Below, piece by piece: positions 46,886-59,600 of a stretch of 64,000 nucleotides of DNA. This stretch comes from Macrostomum hystrix (lineage: Eukaryota > Animalia > Platyhelminthes). Position 1 is the stretch's first letter, and every line of letters starts with the position of its first letter. Position numbers and translations under genes: made by a program. The notes below the pieces were generated by a model. It was not told where the DNA came from, did no database searches, and saw only the letters and a program-made list of their open reading frames with translations. Location: the NCBI GenBank assembly GCA_950097015.1, contig CATNEN010000001.1, forward strand, positions 27,218,001 through 27,282,000, given 5' to 3'.

Positions 46886-47719
46886 GTCTTGAAGACTGAC
46901 TTTCTAATTCGATATCCGCTGTGCAATGAGTGTTAGCTCAGCGAGATCAGCCTCATTTATACAGGCGGCTCTTGCTCTAAGTCGCGCTGTGTGTATGCTC
47001 TGGCCTAATTGAAGTCAAACAAGCCAATGAGAGACGAAAGAACAATGCCACGGGGGGGAGGGGGCCAGGTGCCAGATGCGGGAAGCGGGTGAAAGGATGG
47101 CTATTGAGACCGAATAGGATGGTGCTGTGGAGAGGGAAGAATTTTGAGCAGCAAACACAGATGACGATCCCTCATTGCCTGTCCACATCTTCTGTCGGGG
47201 CGGATTGGGTCTCATTGGCCCGCGATGAGTGAGCTGGGGAGGAGCCTGTGTGCTCAAGAGCTCACAGAGGTCAGACGATTCCCCATTAAGTTTTCCCCGC
47301 ATCATCAATTGGTCTCGATTGCCCCTAATGGGGATCGGGTCATAAAACTCACTTCAGTGGCGCAACCCCCGACTCAAATTCGACTCATCGCCTTCTGAAG
47401 GCGCTAAAATTGTCATTCCATCATCAGGCCGGTGGTGACGCAACAGGCCCCTGTCACGGGCCATCGGCACCGGACTGTGATGGACAATTTGTCAGCAGCA
47501 TCGAGGCGGATTGGGCTCAGTGTTTAAGAAGATTTTGTTTTGCAAACACTTCACGCCTCTGTTGCTTTTGCGTGAATTGAAAAAATTGTATCTTTAATTG
47601 CGAAAAATTTTGCACACTTGAAGATAAATCTGAGCTCTTAAGTCCAAAAAAATGGTTAGTTTCCAAATTCTTTAGCTTCCTTGTTTGTTTCACAGTTCGA
47701 TATTTTTTACTTCGTCATT

Positions 47720-48135
47720 TTCCTAGTTCGTCAGTCTCAAAATTCGTATATTTCCAAGCTCGTTAGTTTCCTAGTTCGTTAGTTTTCTAGTTCATTTGCT
47801 TCCCAGTTTGTTAGTTTCCTAGATCGTTAGTTTTCTATTTCGTTAGTTTTTTATTTCGTTAGTTTTCTATTTCGTTAGTTTTCTATTTCGTTAGTTTTCT
47901 ATTTCGTTAGTTTTCTATTTCGTTAGTTTTCTAGTTCGTTAGTTTTCTAGTTTGTTTTCTTCCAAGCTCCTCAGTTGCCTAGTTCGTTTGCATCCTAGTT
48001 CGTTAGTTTTCTATATCGTTAGTTTAATTAATTCGTTTTTAATTTAATTTCGTTAATTAATTAGTTTTTTAATTCGTTTTGCTTCCTAGTTCATTAGTTT
48101 TTTAGTTCGTTTTGATTCCTAGTTCGTTAGTTTCC
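47720..48135. repeat. 16-17-bp degenerate minisatellite (ttcgttagttttctat)n
   Basis: Direct inspection. Confidence 0.85.
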
Positions 48136-48864
48136 GAATGTATGCTTTTCAGTGACATTAAGATTACACAGGTTCTGATCAGTTCTCAGCCTGTCTGGCG
48201 CTGTTTTTCGCCAGCAGTCAAGCGGCAGCCGCTGCTTAACCATAGGCTGGTCGCAAATTGGAAAACTGATGGGACTCCTCAAAACATCCCTTGCCCTCCC
48301 AGACAAATCCCCAATTTTGCCACCTCGCGGCCTCTCGCTCACCTGGGACAACCAATTTTGCTTTTTCAAGCTCAAGAAAATTCGCGGCAATCAGCATTTT
48401 CAGGCTTCCGCACTCAGTCGCAATGATTTGCACAATCATTTTCTGCCTCAAATTTGATCATCTTTGACAATTAAAAAGAAAAGCCATTTTTAAATGATTA
48501 TTTACCTGCTGCATTGCCTGGAAGAGATGGAGAAAAAGGTTTGTGTGCTTTGCTAAACTGGCACCTGGCAGGCATTGTGAGGACGCTCTGCAAAAAGAAT
48601 TTTTTCGCGAAATCCCCGTCTTTCTAAAAAAATATTCAACGAATTCAGGAAACAAATTTTCAGAGCAGGACAGAGCACAGTTGCTGCTCAGCCATCGACA
48701 AATCTTTTGATTCTTCGCGTCATTTCGCGTGGCTATTGCCAGACTGTGCGAATTCCAGTGAATTGGTGAGAACTGCACTCATACAGTACAGCTGTTGAGA
48801 ATAGATAGCTGAGTACATGTTGATTGGGCCTGTTCATCTGGGCTCCCTCTCACAGCCTCCCTAT

Positions 48865-50240
48865 CGGACTGTCTCACTCTCCATCTCCCACTGTCTCACT
48901 CTCCCTCTCACACTGTCTCACTCTCCCTCTCACACTGTCTCACTCTCCATCTCCCACTGTCTCACTCCCCATCTCGCACTGTCTCACTCTCCATCTCGGA
49001 CTGTCTCACTCTCCATCTCATACTGTCTCACTCTCCATCTCGGACTGTCTCACTCTCCATCTCATACTGTCTCACTCTCCATCTCGGACTGTCTCACTCT
49101 CCATCTCATACTGTCTACTCTCCATCTCGGACTGTCTCACTCTCTATCTCGGACTGTCTCACTCTCCATCTCATACTGTCTACTCTCCATCTCGGACTGT
49201 CTCACTCTCCATCTCGGACTGTCTCACTCTCCATCTCGGACTGTCTCACTCTCCATCTCATACTGTCTCACTCTCCATCTCGGACTGTCTCACTCTCCAT
49301 CTCATACTGTCTACTCTCCATCTCGGACTGTCTCACTCTCCATCTCGCACTGTCTCACTCTCCATCTCACACTGTCTCACTCTCCCTCTCACACTGCCTC
49401 ACTCTCCATCTCATACTGTCTCACTCTCCCTCTCACACTGCCTCACTCTCCATCTCATACTGTCTCACTCTCCCTCTCACACTGTCTCACTCTCCATCTC
49501 ACACCGTCTCACTCTCCATCTCACACCGTCTCACTCTCCATCTCGCACTGTCTTACTCTCCATCTCGCACTGTCTCACTCTCCATCTCGCACCGTCTCAC
49601 TCTCCATCTCGCACTGTCTCACTCTCCATCTCGCACTGTCTCACTCTCCATCTCACACTGTCTCACTCTCCCTCTCACACTGCCTCACTCTCCATCTCAT
49701 ACTGTCTCACTCTCCCTCTCACACTGCCTCACTCTCCATCTCATACTGTCTCACTCTCCCTCTCACACTGTCTCACTCTCCCTCTCACACTGCCTCACTC
49801 TCCATCTCATACTGTCTCACTCTCCCTCTCACACTGTCTCACTCTCCCTCTCACACTGCCTCACTCTCCATCTCATACTGTCTCACTCTCCATCTCCCAC
49901 TGTCTCACTCTCCATCTCGCACTGTCTCACTCTCCATGTCGCACTGTCTCACTCTCCATCTCGCACTGTCTCACTCTCCATCTCACACTGTCTCACTCTC
50001 CATCTCGCACTGTCTCACTCTCCATCTCACACTGTCTCACTCTCCATCTCGCACTGTCTCACTCTCCATCTCACACTGTCTCACTCTCCATCTCGCACTG
50101 TCTCACTCTCCATCTCACACTGTCTCACTCTCCATCTCGCACTGTCTCACTCTCCATCTCACACTGTCTCACTCTCCATCTCACACTGTCTCACTCTCCA
50201 TCTCGCACTGTCTCACTCTCCATCTCGCACTGTCTCACTA
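48865..50240. repeat. 22-bp minisatellite (actgtctcactctccatctcgc)n
   Basis: ~62 units. Confidence 0.95.
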
Positions 50241-50907
50241 ATCTCTCATTAATCTTCCCTGCAGTTACAAAATGCGGTTCAAGAACACGGTTAGATTTCC
50301 TCAAATAAATGATCATATCTGAAAGCTGCATGTGAGAACATTGTGTTCTCAGTTTAAACAATAACAGACAGGCTCTTAAAATCCTTCACAGTCCTCACTT
50401 TAGTCTTATTTATTGATTAAAATCGATTAGCAGATCTTGAAAATGAGGCTCTTGTCAAACGGTTGAGTCGACTGGGCCCTACTCAAAACGGCTCCAACTG
50501 AGCTATTATTAATAAAGGCCGCTAGAAGGCAATGGACTGAGGGTGGAGGGGTTCACGCTAGGAAATTAATGGGTTAAGGCAGATTAATATTGGCGGAGTG
50601 GGGTGTGCCCTGAATATCCATCATTCTGTGGGTTATATCGCTTTCACTGGCCATTTAATGACCCCACGGAGCATTTTGAGCAAACACACGCTTGAAACAC
50701 GGCCTCTCAATAACCTCATCTCAGTCTTATGGCTCAGTCTGATGACTAGCTGGGCCCGATGCCACCTAAGTTTGATTTGATGGGCACCTGGGCTCAACTT
50801 TCTGGTTTTAGACTGTCCAATACTTAAAGCCCTTCGAGTCTTCTTCTCCTGTCTGGCTCACTGCCTGCTTCCGCTGTGCTCAACGGTCTCAGATTGCGAA
50901 CTCGTGA

Positions 50908-52340
50908 GTCTCTCTATCCCACTCTCTCTATCCCTCTCTCTCTCTATCCCTGTCTCTCTATCCCTCTCTCTCTATCCCTCTCTCTCTATCCCTCTCTCTC
51001 TATCCCTCTCTCTCTATCCCTCTCTCTCTATCCCTCTCTCTCTCTATCTCTCTCTATCCCTCTCTATCCCTCTCTCTCAATCCCCCTGTCTCTATCCCTC
51101 TCTTTCTATCCCTCTCTCTCTATCCCTCTCTATCCCTCTCTCTATCCCTCTCTTTCTCTACCCCCCTCTCTCTGTCCCTCTCTCTCTATCCCTCTCTCTC
51201 TATCCCTCTCTCTATCCCTCTCTATCCCTCTCTCTATCCCACTCTATCCCTCTCTCTATCCCTCTCTCTCTATCCCTCTCTCTATCCCTCTCTCTCTCTA
51301 TCCCTCTCTCTCTATCCCTCTCTCTATCCCTCTCTCTCTATCCCTCTCTCTCTATCCCTCTCTCTATCCCTCTCTCTCTATCCCTCTCTCTCTATCCCTC
51401 TCTCTCTATCCCTCTCTCTATCCCTCTCTCTCTATCCCTCTCTCTCTATCCCTCTCTCTATCCCTCTCTATCCCTCTCTCTATCCCACTCTATCCCTCTC
51501 TCTATCCCTCTCTCTCTATCCCTCTCTCTCTATCCCTCTCTCTATCCCTCTCTCTCTATCCCTCTCTCTCTATCCCTCTCTCTATCCCTCTCTCTCTCTA
51601 TCCCTCTCTCTCTATCCCTCTCTCTATCCCTCTCTCTCTATCCCTCTCTCTCTATCCCTCTCTCTATCCCTCTCTCTCTATCCCTCTCTCTCTATCCCTC
51701 TCTCTCTATCCCTCTCTATCCCTCTCTCTATCCCTCTCTTTCTCTACCCCCCTCTCTCTGTCCCTCTCTCTCTATCCCTCTCTCTCTATCCCTCTCTCTA
51801 TCCCTCTCTATCCCTCTCTCTATCCCACTCTATCCCTCTCTCTATCCCTCTCTCTCTATCCCTCTCTCTATCCCTCTCTCTCTCTATCCCTCTCTCTCTA
51901 TCCCTCTCTCTATCCCTCTCTCTCTATCCCTCTCTCTCTATCCCTCTCTCTATCCCTCTCTCTCTATCCCTCTCTCTCTATCCCTCTCTCTCTATCCCTC
52001 TCTCTATCCCTCTCTCTCTATCCCTCTCTCTCTATCCCTCTCTCTCTATCCCTCTCTCTATCCCTCTCTATCCCTCTCTCTATCCCACTCTATCCCTCTC
52101 TCTCTATCCCTCTCTCTCTATCCCTCTCTCTATCCCTCTCTCTCTATCCCTCTCTCTATCCCTCTCTATCCCTCTCTCTATCCCACTCTATCCCTCTCTC
52201 TATCCCTCTCTCTCTATCCCTCTCTCTCTATCCCTCTCTCTCTATCCCTCTCTCTATCCCTCTCTCTCTATCCCTCTCTCTCTATCCCTCTCTCTCTATC
52301 CCTCTCTCTTTATCCCTCTCTCTCTATCCATCACTCTATC
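50908..52340. repeat. Polypyrimidine compound microsatellite [TATCCC(TC)n]m
   Basis: 1.4 kb with almost no G on the plus strand. Confidence 0.95.
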
Positions 52341-53074
52341 CCCCTCTTTCTTTTTCTGTCTCTATTCATTTCTGTATCTTTTTGTCTCTATCTATGCCTC
52401 TATCCATCAATATCCACCATCTTTATATTCACGTCTTAATAATTGTCTTTAACACACTGTATCCATCGCTCTCTCAAAAGTTTCTAAGTTATCTGATGCG
52501 CACATGTTTCTGTTTAATTATTCTAAAGGATCCTTTCTAACCGAAAAATGCACAATATTCTACTGACAAGTAGCGATGACTGAAAATTTTCAATTTCGTC
52601 CCTTTCTAGAAGTAAGAAGCACACTTCTGTAAGAACTTGCTGATGAAATTTTATAAAAGTAGACAATAAATAAACGTGTTGTATCTATTTAATTAGGCAT
52701 AATTGAGTTACTTTTTTACAGTTTCGCAATTACATGAAACGATTGCATTGCAGACACAATCTATATGAATAATAGGCAGTGCATTGTTTGCAGCGCAGGG
52801 CTGGCCGCTTGTCGGGTTTGAATTTCGCTTCAATGTGCAGAGAGGTAACTTTGGGGTTCGCCCGAATTCAATAACAATAGCATAATCATAGACTAGGTAA
52901 CAGCTGTGCTCAAGGTTGAGCAGCTGCACCAGTCAAATGGGTGATTTATATACAACGGCACTCTAAATGGAGAGGTACATAATTTGATTAGGCTGACTTG
53001 CCAGTTAAATAACGTTATTTTTCATTTTTTTGAAAACACATTCTGTTGAGATCCATCGGTCAGAGAGATTTTTT

Positions 53075-53410
53075 CTGACTAGATCTTGTCAGTTGATCTC
53101 CGTCAGATTAGATATTGTCAGTTAGAATCTGTCAGACTAAATCTTGTCAGTTAGAATCTTTCAGACAAGATCTTGTCAGTTGATCTCCGTCAGATTAGAT
53201 ATTGTCAGTTAGAATCTGTCAGACAAGATCTTGTCAGTTGATCTCCGTCAGACTAAATCTAGTCAATTAGAATCTGTCAGACAAGATCTTGTCAGTTGAT
53301 CTCCGTCAGACTAAATCTTGTCAGTTAGAATCTTTCAGACAAGATCTTGTCAGTTGATCTCCGTCAGACTAAATCTTGTCAGTTAGAATCTGTCAGACAA
53401 GATCTTGTCA
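53075..53410. repeat. Compound minisatellite of gtcag-containing subunits
   Basis: Repeating gtcagttgatctcc / gtcagttagaatct / gtcagacaagatctt blocks. Confidence 0.85.
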
Positions 53411-53529
53411 AAATAACTCTGAAAATTGCTTTATAAATATCGGTGTTAGAAAATCTATGTGGAGGTTTACATAGCAAGCAAATGAGCCAGATTGTTCAGG
53501 TGAAAGCCATGCTGTCAGGTGTCTGTCTG

Positions 53530-54435
53530 TCAGTGGCTCTCGGAGCGACAGAGACGCTGGCAGGCCAGCTGCTGAATCACCGAGTCCAGCTTCCAGTTGT
53601 GCATCTCCAGCAGTCGGTGGCACCTTGACCGGTCGCAGACGCCCAAGCGGAACAGCTGCTCGACCTTCAGGTACCTCGCAGCCCGCTCCGTGTCCCAGTG
53701 GTGCAGGCTGAGGGCCAGGTAGCTCTCCTCGTCCGTGACGCCGAACACCTCGGAGGTGACGCGCTGCACGAGCTCCAGCGGGCTGCAGCCGGGGCCGCAG
53801 AAGGACGCCGGCTCGCAGCAGTGCTCCGAGGCGCTGGACGTCGACAAACGCTGACCGTCCAGCTGCTGCTGCTTGCGCCGCGGCGGCAGCACCCAGTAGA
53901 TGTCCTCGGACAGCTGGCGGCCGTTGCGCACAATCGGCAAAATTCGTGGTCGCTGCGGCGACAACAGAGGCGCCTCCCGGTTGTGCAAAGACTGCTGATC
54001 GCCTGTTCCGGTGGACAATGACCGGCGACACGCGCAGCGGGGCGGCACTGTGGAGGCGCTGTCCGATTCGCCGACCTCAGCAGCCTCGTGGTGATGGTTT
54101 AAGACGGAGCAGAGGTTCCCGCCGGGCACAGGAGAGTCGGGCGGCAGTTGGAGCGAAGAGCGCGGCGTGACTTCGCCTGAGTTGTTGGCGGGGCTGCCGC
54201 TGCTGCTGCTGCTGCGAGAGAATCTGAGCTTTGGCAGGTGTGGCAGCGGCTTTGCTGCTGCAGTCGACGTCTTCTTTTGCTGTTGCGGCTGCTGCTGCTG
54301 CTGTTGCTGATGTTGTCTGAGGTGCAGGGTCAAGTAGCTGCTCACGTAGCTGCTGTCTGTCGAGGAATCCAAGAAGTCGGCATCGCTAGCCGAACCGCAG
54401 GATGCTGACAGAAGCTGTGATTCCTTGTTTCCCAT
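53530..54435 (-). CDS. ACK/TNK2 C-terminus-like protein (Mig6-homology segment + UBA-like domain), 301 aa, no kinase domain visible
   Basis: RPRILPIVRNGRQLSEDIYWVLPPR resembles the ACK1/MIG6 EGFR-binding segment ([23 protein letters not shown]). VQRVTSEVFGVTDEESYLALSLHHWDTERAARYLKVEQLFRLG...CHRLLEMHNWKLD matches the ACK UBA tail. Start MGNKES in context aaagtcATGG. Splice acceptor tttcacag 20 nt upstream. Confidence 0.8.
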   Translation of the reverse strand: MGNKESQLLSASCGSASDADFLDSSTDSSYVSSYLTLHLRQHQQQQQQQPQQQKKTSTAAAKPLPHLPKLRFSRSSSSSGSPANNSGEVTPRSSLQLPPDSPVPGGNLCSVLNHHHEAAEVGESDSASTVPPRCACRRSLSTGTGDQQSLHNREAPLLSPQRPRILPIVRNGRQLSEDIYWVLPPRRKQQQLDGQRLSTSSASEHCCEPASFCGPGCSPLELVQRVTSEVFGVTDEESYLALSLHHWDTERAARYLKVEQLFRLGVCDRSRCHRLLEMHNWKLDSVIQQLACQRLCRSESH

Positions 54436-55054
54436 GACTTTCCTCCTCCTGGCAACTGTGAAATCAGGAGGTGCGCGATTTTGAGCACAGATGGCTGAGA
54501 AGGCCTGAGCTTATTCTCCTGGAGCTCAATTGATACCCAGCTAGTTTGGGTCGCTGTGGGAGGGCTGTAAATAGGGGGGGGGGCCCCGGTCTCTCCCGGT
54601 GTTATCAAATCGGAAAGAGCGCAGCTTTCGGGGGTTGTTGCACCCCATGCCACACACGCTGAGCTAGAAAATGAGTTGATAAGGCTGGCCGGACCTTAAT
54701 AAATTCTAGCCTAGCCTGGCTGCCGCGCAAGTACTCGCAGACAAAGCGACTCACAACTTGCCTAAAACGGCTTCGGCGAGAGAAGCCAATAAATTAAAAA
54801 AAGCTTTGAATAGAAAGTTTCTTACTGAAGCTTGGGCCTGTCTTCTCTGTTTTGATATATTCTTTCTTGAATCGCGTTTATTGTGCTCAAGCGTACTTCT
54901 GAGCAGCCTGCAGTTGCCACCCGGCCAGCTTTAAACGAGCGATGGACCAATAAGGGTTGAGCTAGTGCAATGCGCGAGAAAATAAGTTGGCATTAGCCAA
55001 GCTCGCCATTCTTCACAATGCCTAACATTATGGCCACGTCGCCTTTTCATATTC

Positions 55055-55120
<66 letters not shown>
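55055..55120. repeat. (CTG)~22 trinucleotide microsatellite
   Basis: Pure run. Confidence 0.95.
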
Positions 55121-55121
<1 letters not shown>

Positions 55122-55344
55122 ACAAACCAGCAGCTCAGGGTACCCGAGCAGCTGCTAGACAATACCCCCTACTGTAGCTTCAATTTCTGGCATTAATTTG
55201 TCATTTTTGGCCATTTTGGCCACGGAGTACACAGTGTGCAACTGCCCATTCACACATATCAGTGCACTGCTCATTGAGGGCGGAGAGAATAGATAAGCTT
55301 AATGGCTATGATTCATAGTCTCAATGCAATTGCACCATAGCTGT

Positions 55345-56230
55345 AATCTACCAATCTCTACCTACCAATGTCTAATCTACCAATCTCTAATCTTCCAATC
55401 TCTAATCTACCACAATCTCTAATCTTCCAATCTCTAATCTTCCAATCTCTAATCTTCCAATCTCTAATCTACCACAATCTCTAATCTTCCAATCTCTAAT
55501 CTTCCAATCTCTAATCTAACACAATCTCTAATCTTCCAATCTCTAATCTTCCAATCTCTAATCTTCCAATCTCTAATCTTCCAATCTCTAAACTACCACA
55601 ATCTCTAATCTACCTATCTCTAATCTACTAATCTCTAATCTTCCAATCTCTAATCTACCACAATCTCTAATCTTCCAATCTCTAATCTTCCGATCTCTAA
55701 TCTTCCAATCTCTAATCTACCACAATCTCTAATCTTCCAATCTCTAATCTACCAATCTCTAATCTTCCAATCTCTAATCTACCTATCTCTAATCTTCCAA
55801 TCTCTAATCTTCCAATCTCTAATCTTCCAATCTCTAATCTACCAATCTCTAATCTTCCAATCTCTAATCTTCCAATCTCTAATCTTCCAATCTCTAATCT
55901 TCCAATCTCTAATCTTCCAATCTCTAATCTTCCAATCTCTAATCTACCACAATCTCTAATCTTCCAATCTCTAATCTTCCAATCTCTAATCTTCCAATCT
56001 CTAATCTACCAATCTCTAATCTTCCAATCTCTAATCTTCCAATCTCTAATCTTCCAATCTCTAATCTTCCAATCTCTAATCTTCCAATCTCTAATCTACC
56101 ACAATCTCTAATCTACCAATCTCTAATCATCCAATCTCTAATCTACCAATCTCTAATCTACCAATCTCTAATCTACCTATCTCTAATCTACCAATCTCTA
56201 ATCTACCAATCTCTAATCTACCAATCTCTA
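55345..56230. repeat. 15-bp minisatellite (tctctaatcttccaa)n
   Basis: ~58 units. Confidence 0.95.
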
Positions 56231-56807
56231 TTTAGCCCATATCCAATCTTCTGTTCATTTTTATTTTTAATCGTTTTTATTCGTCCTGATGAAGCTTCTA
56301 ATTTATTAGGCATCGTTTTTTGGCAGCCATTCGTGACCCTTTTAAAGGCGTGCTACATAAATAGAGAGACAGCGAGAGAGTTTGGGTAGAACAAATGCTG
56401 GACTCGGCACATTTCTTGCTCGCCTGAGATTAGTTTTAAACAGAAAATTTGCTGCTATTTACACCGTAGCTCCCATTGACAAAGCACTGGCCTGACCCCA
56501 ATAAGCAGATAGTGTGATATTTTCTGCTTCTCAGCAGGGAATCAATGCATTTGCACTGGACAAACCTGACAACAAGCGAAAGTTTAGCTCACATGTGGCT
56601 AAACTATTTTAGCTGTAGTTGCTTGCCGTGTTTGCCATTTTGTCACGCGTCTAAATTGCTCCGTCCGTCTCTCTGTGTTTGGCTGGCTTGTAAAAACTTT
56701 TATAGAGAACTACTGGGTGAATGTTAATGAGATTGCACCGACCCTGCCAGTGTTGTTCGGCAATTAGAGGCAGGTAGAAATGAGCTAAAACTTTTATATC
56801 AGCTGCT

Positions 56808-57668
56808 TGTCACTCTCTGCTGATGTCTGTCACTCTCTGCTGATGTCTGTCACTCTCTGCTGATGTCTGTCACTCTCTGCTGATGTCTGTCACTCTCTGC
56901 TGATGACTGTCACTCTCTGCTGATGACTGTCACTCTCTGCTGATGCTGTCACTCTCTGTTGATGCTGTCACTCTCGGCTGATGACTGTCACTCTCTGCTT
57001 AAGACTGTCACTCTCTGCTGATGACTGTCACTCTGCTGATGACTGTCACTCTGCTGATGACTGTCACTCTCTGCTGATGCTGTCACTCTCTGCTGATGCT
57101 GTCACTCTCTGCTGATGCTGTCACTATCGGCTGATGACTGTCACTCTGCTTATGACTGTCACTCTGCTGATGACTGTCACTCTCTGCTGATGCTGTCACT
57201 CTCTGCTGATGCTGTCACTCTCTGCTGATGCTGTCACTATCGGCTGATGACTGTCACTCTGCTGATGACTGTCACTCTGCTGATGACTGTCACTCTCTGC
57301 TGATGCTGTCACTCTCTGCTGATGCTGTCACTCTCTGCTGATGCTGTCACTCTCTGCTTAAGACTGTCACTCTCTGCTGATGACTGTCACTCTGCTGATG
57401 ACTGTCACTCTCTGCTGATGCTGTCACTCTCTACTGATGCTGTCACTCTCTGCTGATGCTGTCACTCTCGGCTGATGACTGTCACTCTCTGCTTAAGACT
57501 GTCACTCTCTGCTGATGCTGTCACTCTCTGCTGATGCTGTCACTCTCGGCTGATGACTGTCACTCTTTGCTTAAGACTGTCACTCTCTGCTTAAGACTGT
57601 CACTCTCTGCTTAAGACTGTCACTCTTTGCTTAAGACTGTCACTCTCTGCTTAAGACTGTCACTCTCA
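56808..57668. repeat. 18-20-bp minisatellite (gtcactctctgctgatgact)n
   Basis: Direct inspection. Confidence 0.95.
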
Positions 57669-59054
57669 ATCAATCAATCTCTGCCAATCAATCGCTCTGA
57701 CTGTCCATCAATCAATTAACTTTCAATCAATCCCCAATGACTGCCAGTAAACCGCTTAAGGTTCACTCTGAATAAATCCATGTCAATGAAAAATAGATCA
57801 CATTTGGTCGAACCTTGCCAGTAACAAGTTAATATTATATCATATCAGATAAACACAAAAATAAACCTTGTAGTGTCCCTTTGTAGCCAGGGACACGGTC
57901 TGTTAGGCCTACATTTTGCTTTTATCACGCTAAATACGCCGAAAATTTTCCGCGATTAGCGAAAAGCACAGAGGGCAGCCGCGCTTATTACACTGTTTCC
58001 ATAGCAAAGGCTTGTCATTTTCCTGCCTTGGCCATATTTGCCGATTTCTGCTATTTCGACGCCCACGCAGTTTCCCGCAGATTCGCAAAATAACAAGATG
58101 AATATGTTTAGTTTAAATACGATAACGAAAAATTTGCTTCCTGCATCTGTTGATGAGAAGTTGGAAATCGAAATTGATTGTCTAGAAATTGAATATTATG
58201 TATAGCAAAATATATAGTTTATATACTTATTATCAATGTAAATAAGAGCTTATGCGTGCACTTATAAATATTCCGATGTATGACACTAGCTAGTGATTGG
58301 ACAACTTAGATTCTTGACCATAGACCATTTCAGAGTCTATATTCCTCAATGGACCTATCTTGGTCATAAACTATTCCATTGACTATTACAGACCATTCAT
58401 AGGACCTAGAATAGCCATAGACTATACCATAGACTATTCCGAAGTCTTGATTTCTCACTGGAACTATCTTGGCCATAGACTATTCAGAGTCTAGACCCTT
58501 CAAAGTACCTATTTTAATTATTGACTGGAGGTGTCTAACAGTGAGAAAAAATAATCTTGCACTTTTATGATTAACGGACCAGCTGTTGCATAAGTCCTCT
58601 GAACTACAGGCTGTGTAATCCTCTTATACAGTGGGTATTCGCTTGAATTCCACATTTTGCTCAGGCCGTGGGAATTGCTAATCAGAAAAAGCAACACAAG
58701 GCAACTCGGCAAAGCAGAATTTGGAGCAAAGTATCCGATATCGGTGACAGATAAAAACTTTGCAAAAGTTTGCAGTCACACACTGGCAGCGCTTGGATCA
58801 TGTGGTTCGGATCCACACGTGATTCTTGCACTTTCCGTTTCCCAGCGAACTAAATTCTAGGAAATGACCTCTATTCAACTGTTCGGCCCAGTTCTATTCA
58901 ACTCGGCATCTGTGATTTTTCAAGGCCAAGTTTCAGGCATTTTTATTACTACAAACTTGCGACCCACTGCTTTTCCGGTCCAAGCCTTCTGCAGTGCCAC
59001 CCATGCTACCCTACACTGACCTCGAGATTTACTTCTACTGCCCCGGTCAAATTC

Positions 59055-59600
59055 TCTGTCTCTCTGTCTCTGTCTCTCTGTCTCTGTCTCTGTCTCTCTG
59101 TCTCTGTCTCTGTCTCTGTCTCTCTGTCTCTGTCTCTCTGTCTCTGTCTCTGTCTCTGTCTCTGTCTCTGTCTCTGTCTCTGCATGTCTCTCTGTCTCTG
59201 TCTCTGTCTCTCTGTCTCTGTCTCTGTCTCTGTCTCTGTCTCTCTGTCTCTGTCTCTCTGTCTCTGTCTCTGTCTCTGTCTCTGTCTCTGCATGTCTCTC
59301 TGTCTCTGTCTCTGTCTCTCTGTCTCTGTCTCTGTCTCTGTCTCTGTCTCTCTGTCTCTGTCTCTCTGTCTCTGTCTCTGTCTCTGTCTCTGTCTCTCTG
59401 TCTCTGTCTCTGTCTCTGTCTCTGTCTCTGTCTCTCTGTCTCTGTCTCTCTGTCTCTGTCTCTCTGTCTCTGTCTCTCTGTCTCTGTCTCTCTGTCTCTG
59501 TCTCTCTGTCTCTGTCTCTGTCTCTCTGTCTCTGTCTCTCTGTCTCTCTGTCTCTCTGTCTCTCTGTCTCTGTCACTGTCTCTGTCTCTGTCTCTCTGTC
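59055..59600. repeat. (TCTCTG)n microsatellite
   Basis: Direct inspection. Confidence 0.95.

Noticed and set aside
48817-52540. 474-554-aa Ser/Leu/His-rich ORFs
   Set aside because: Translations of pyrimidine-rich tandem repeats, not protein-like.
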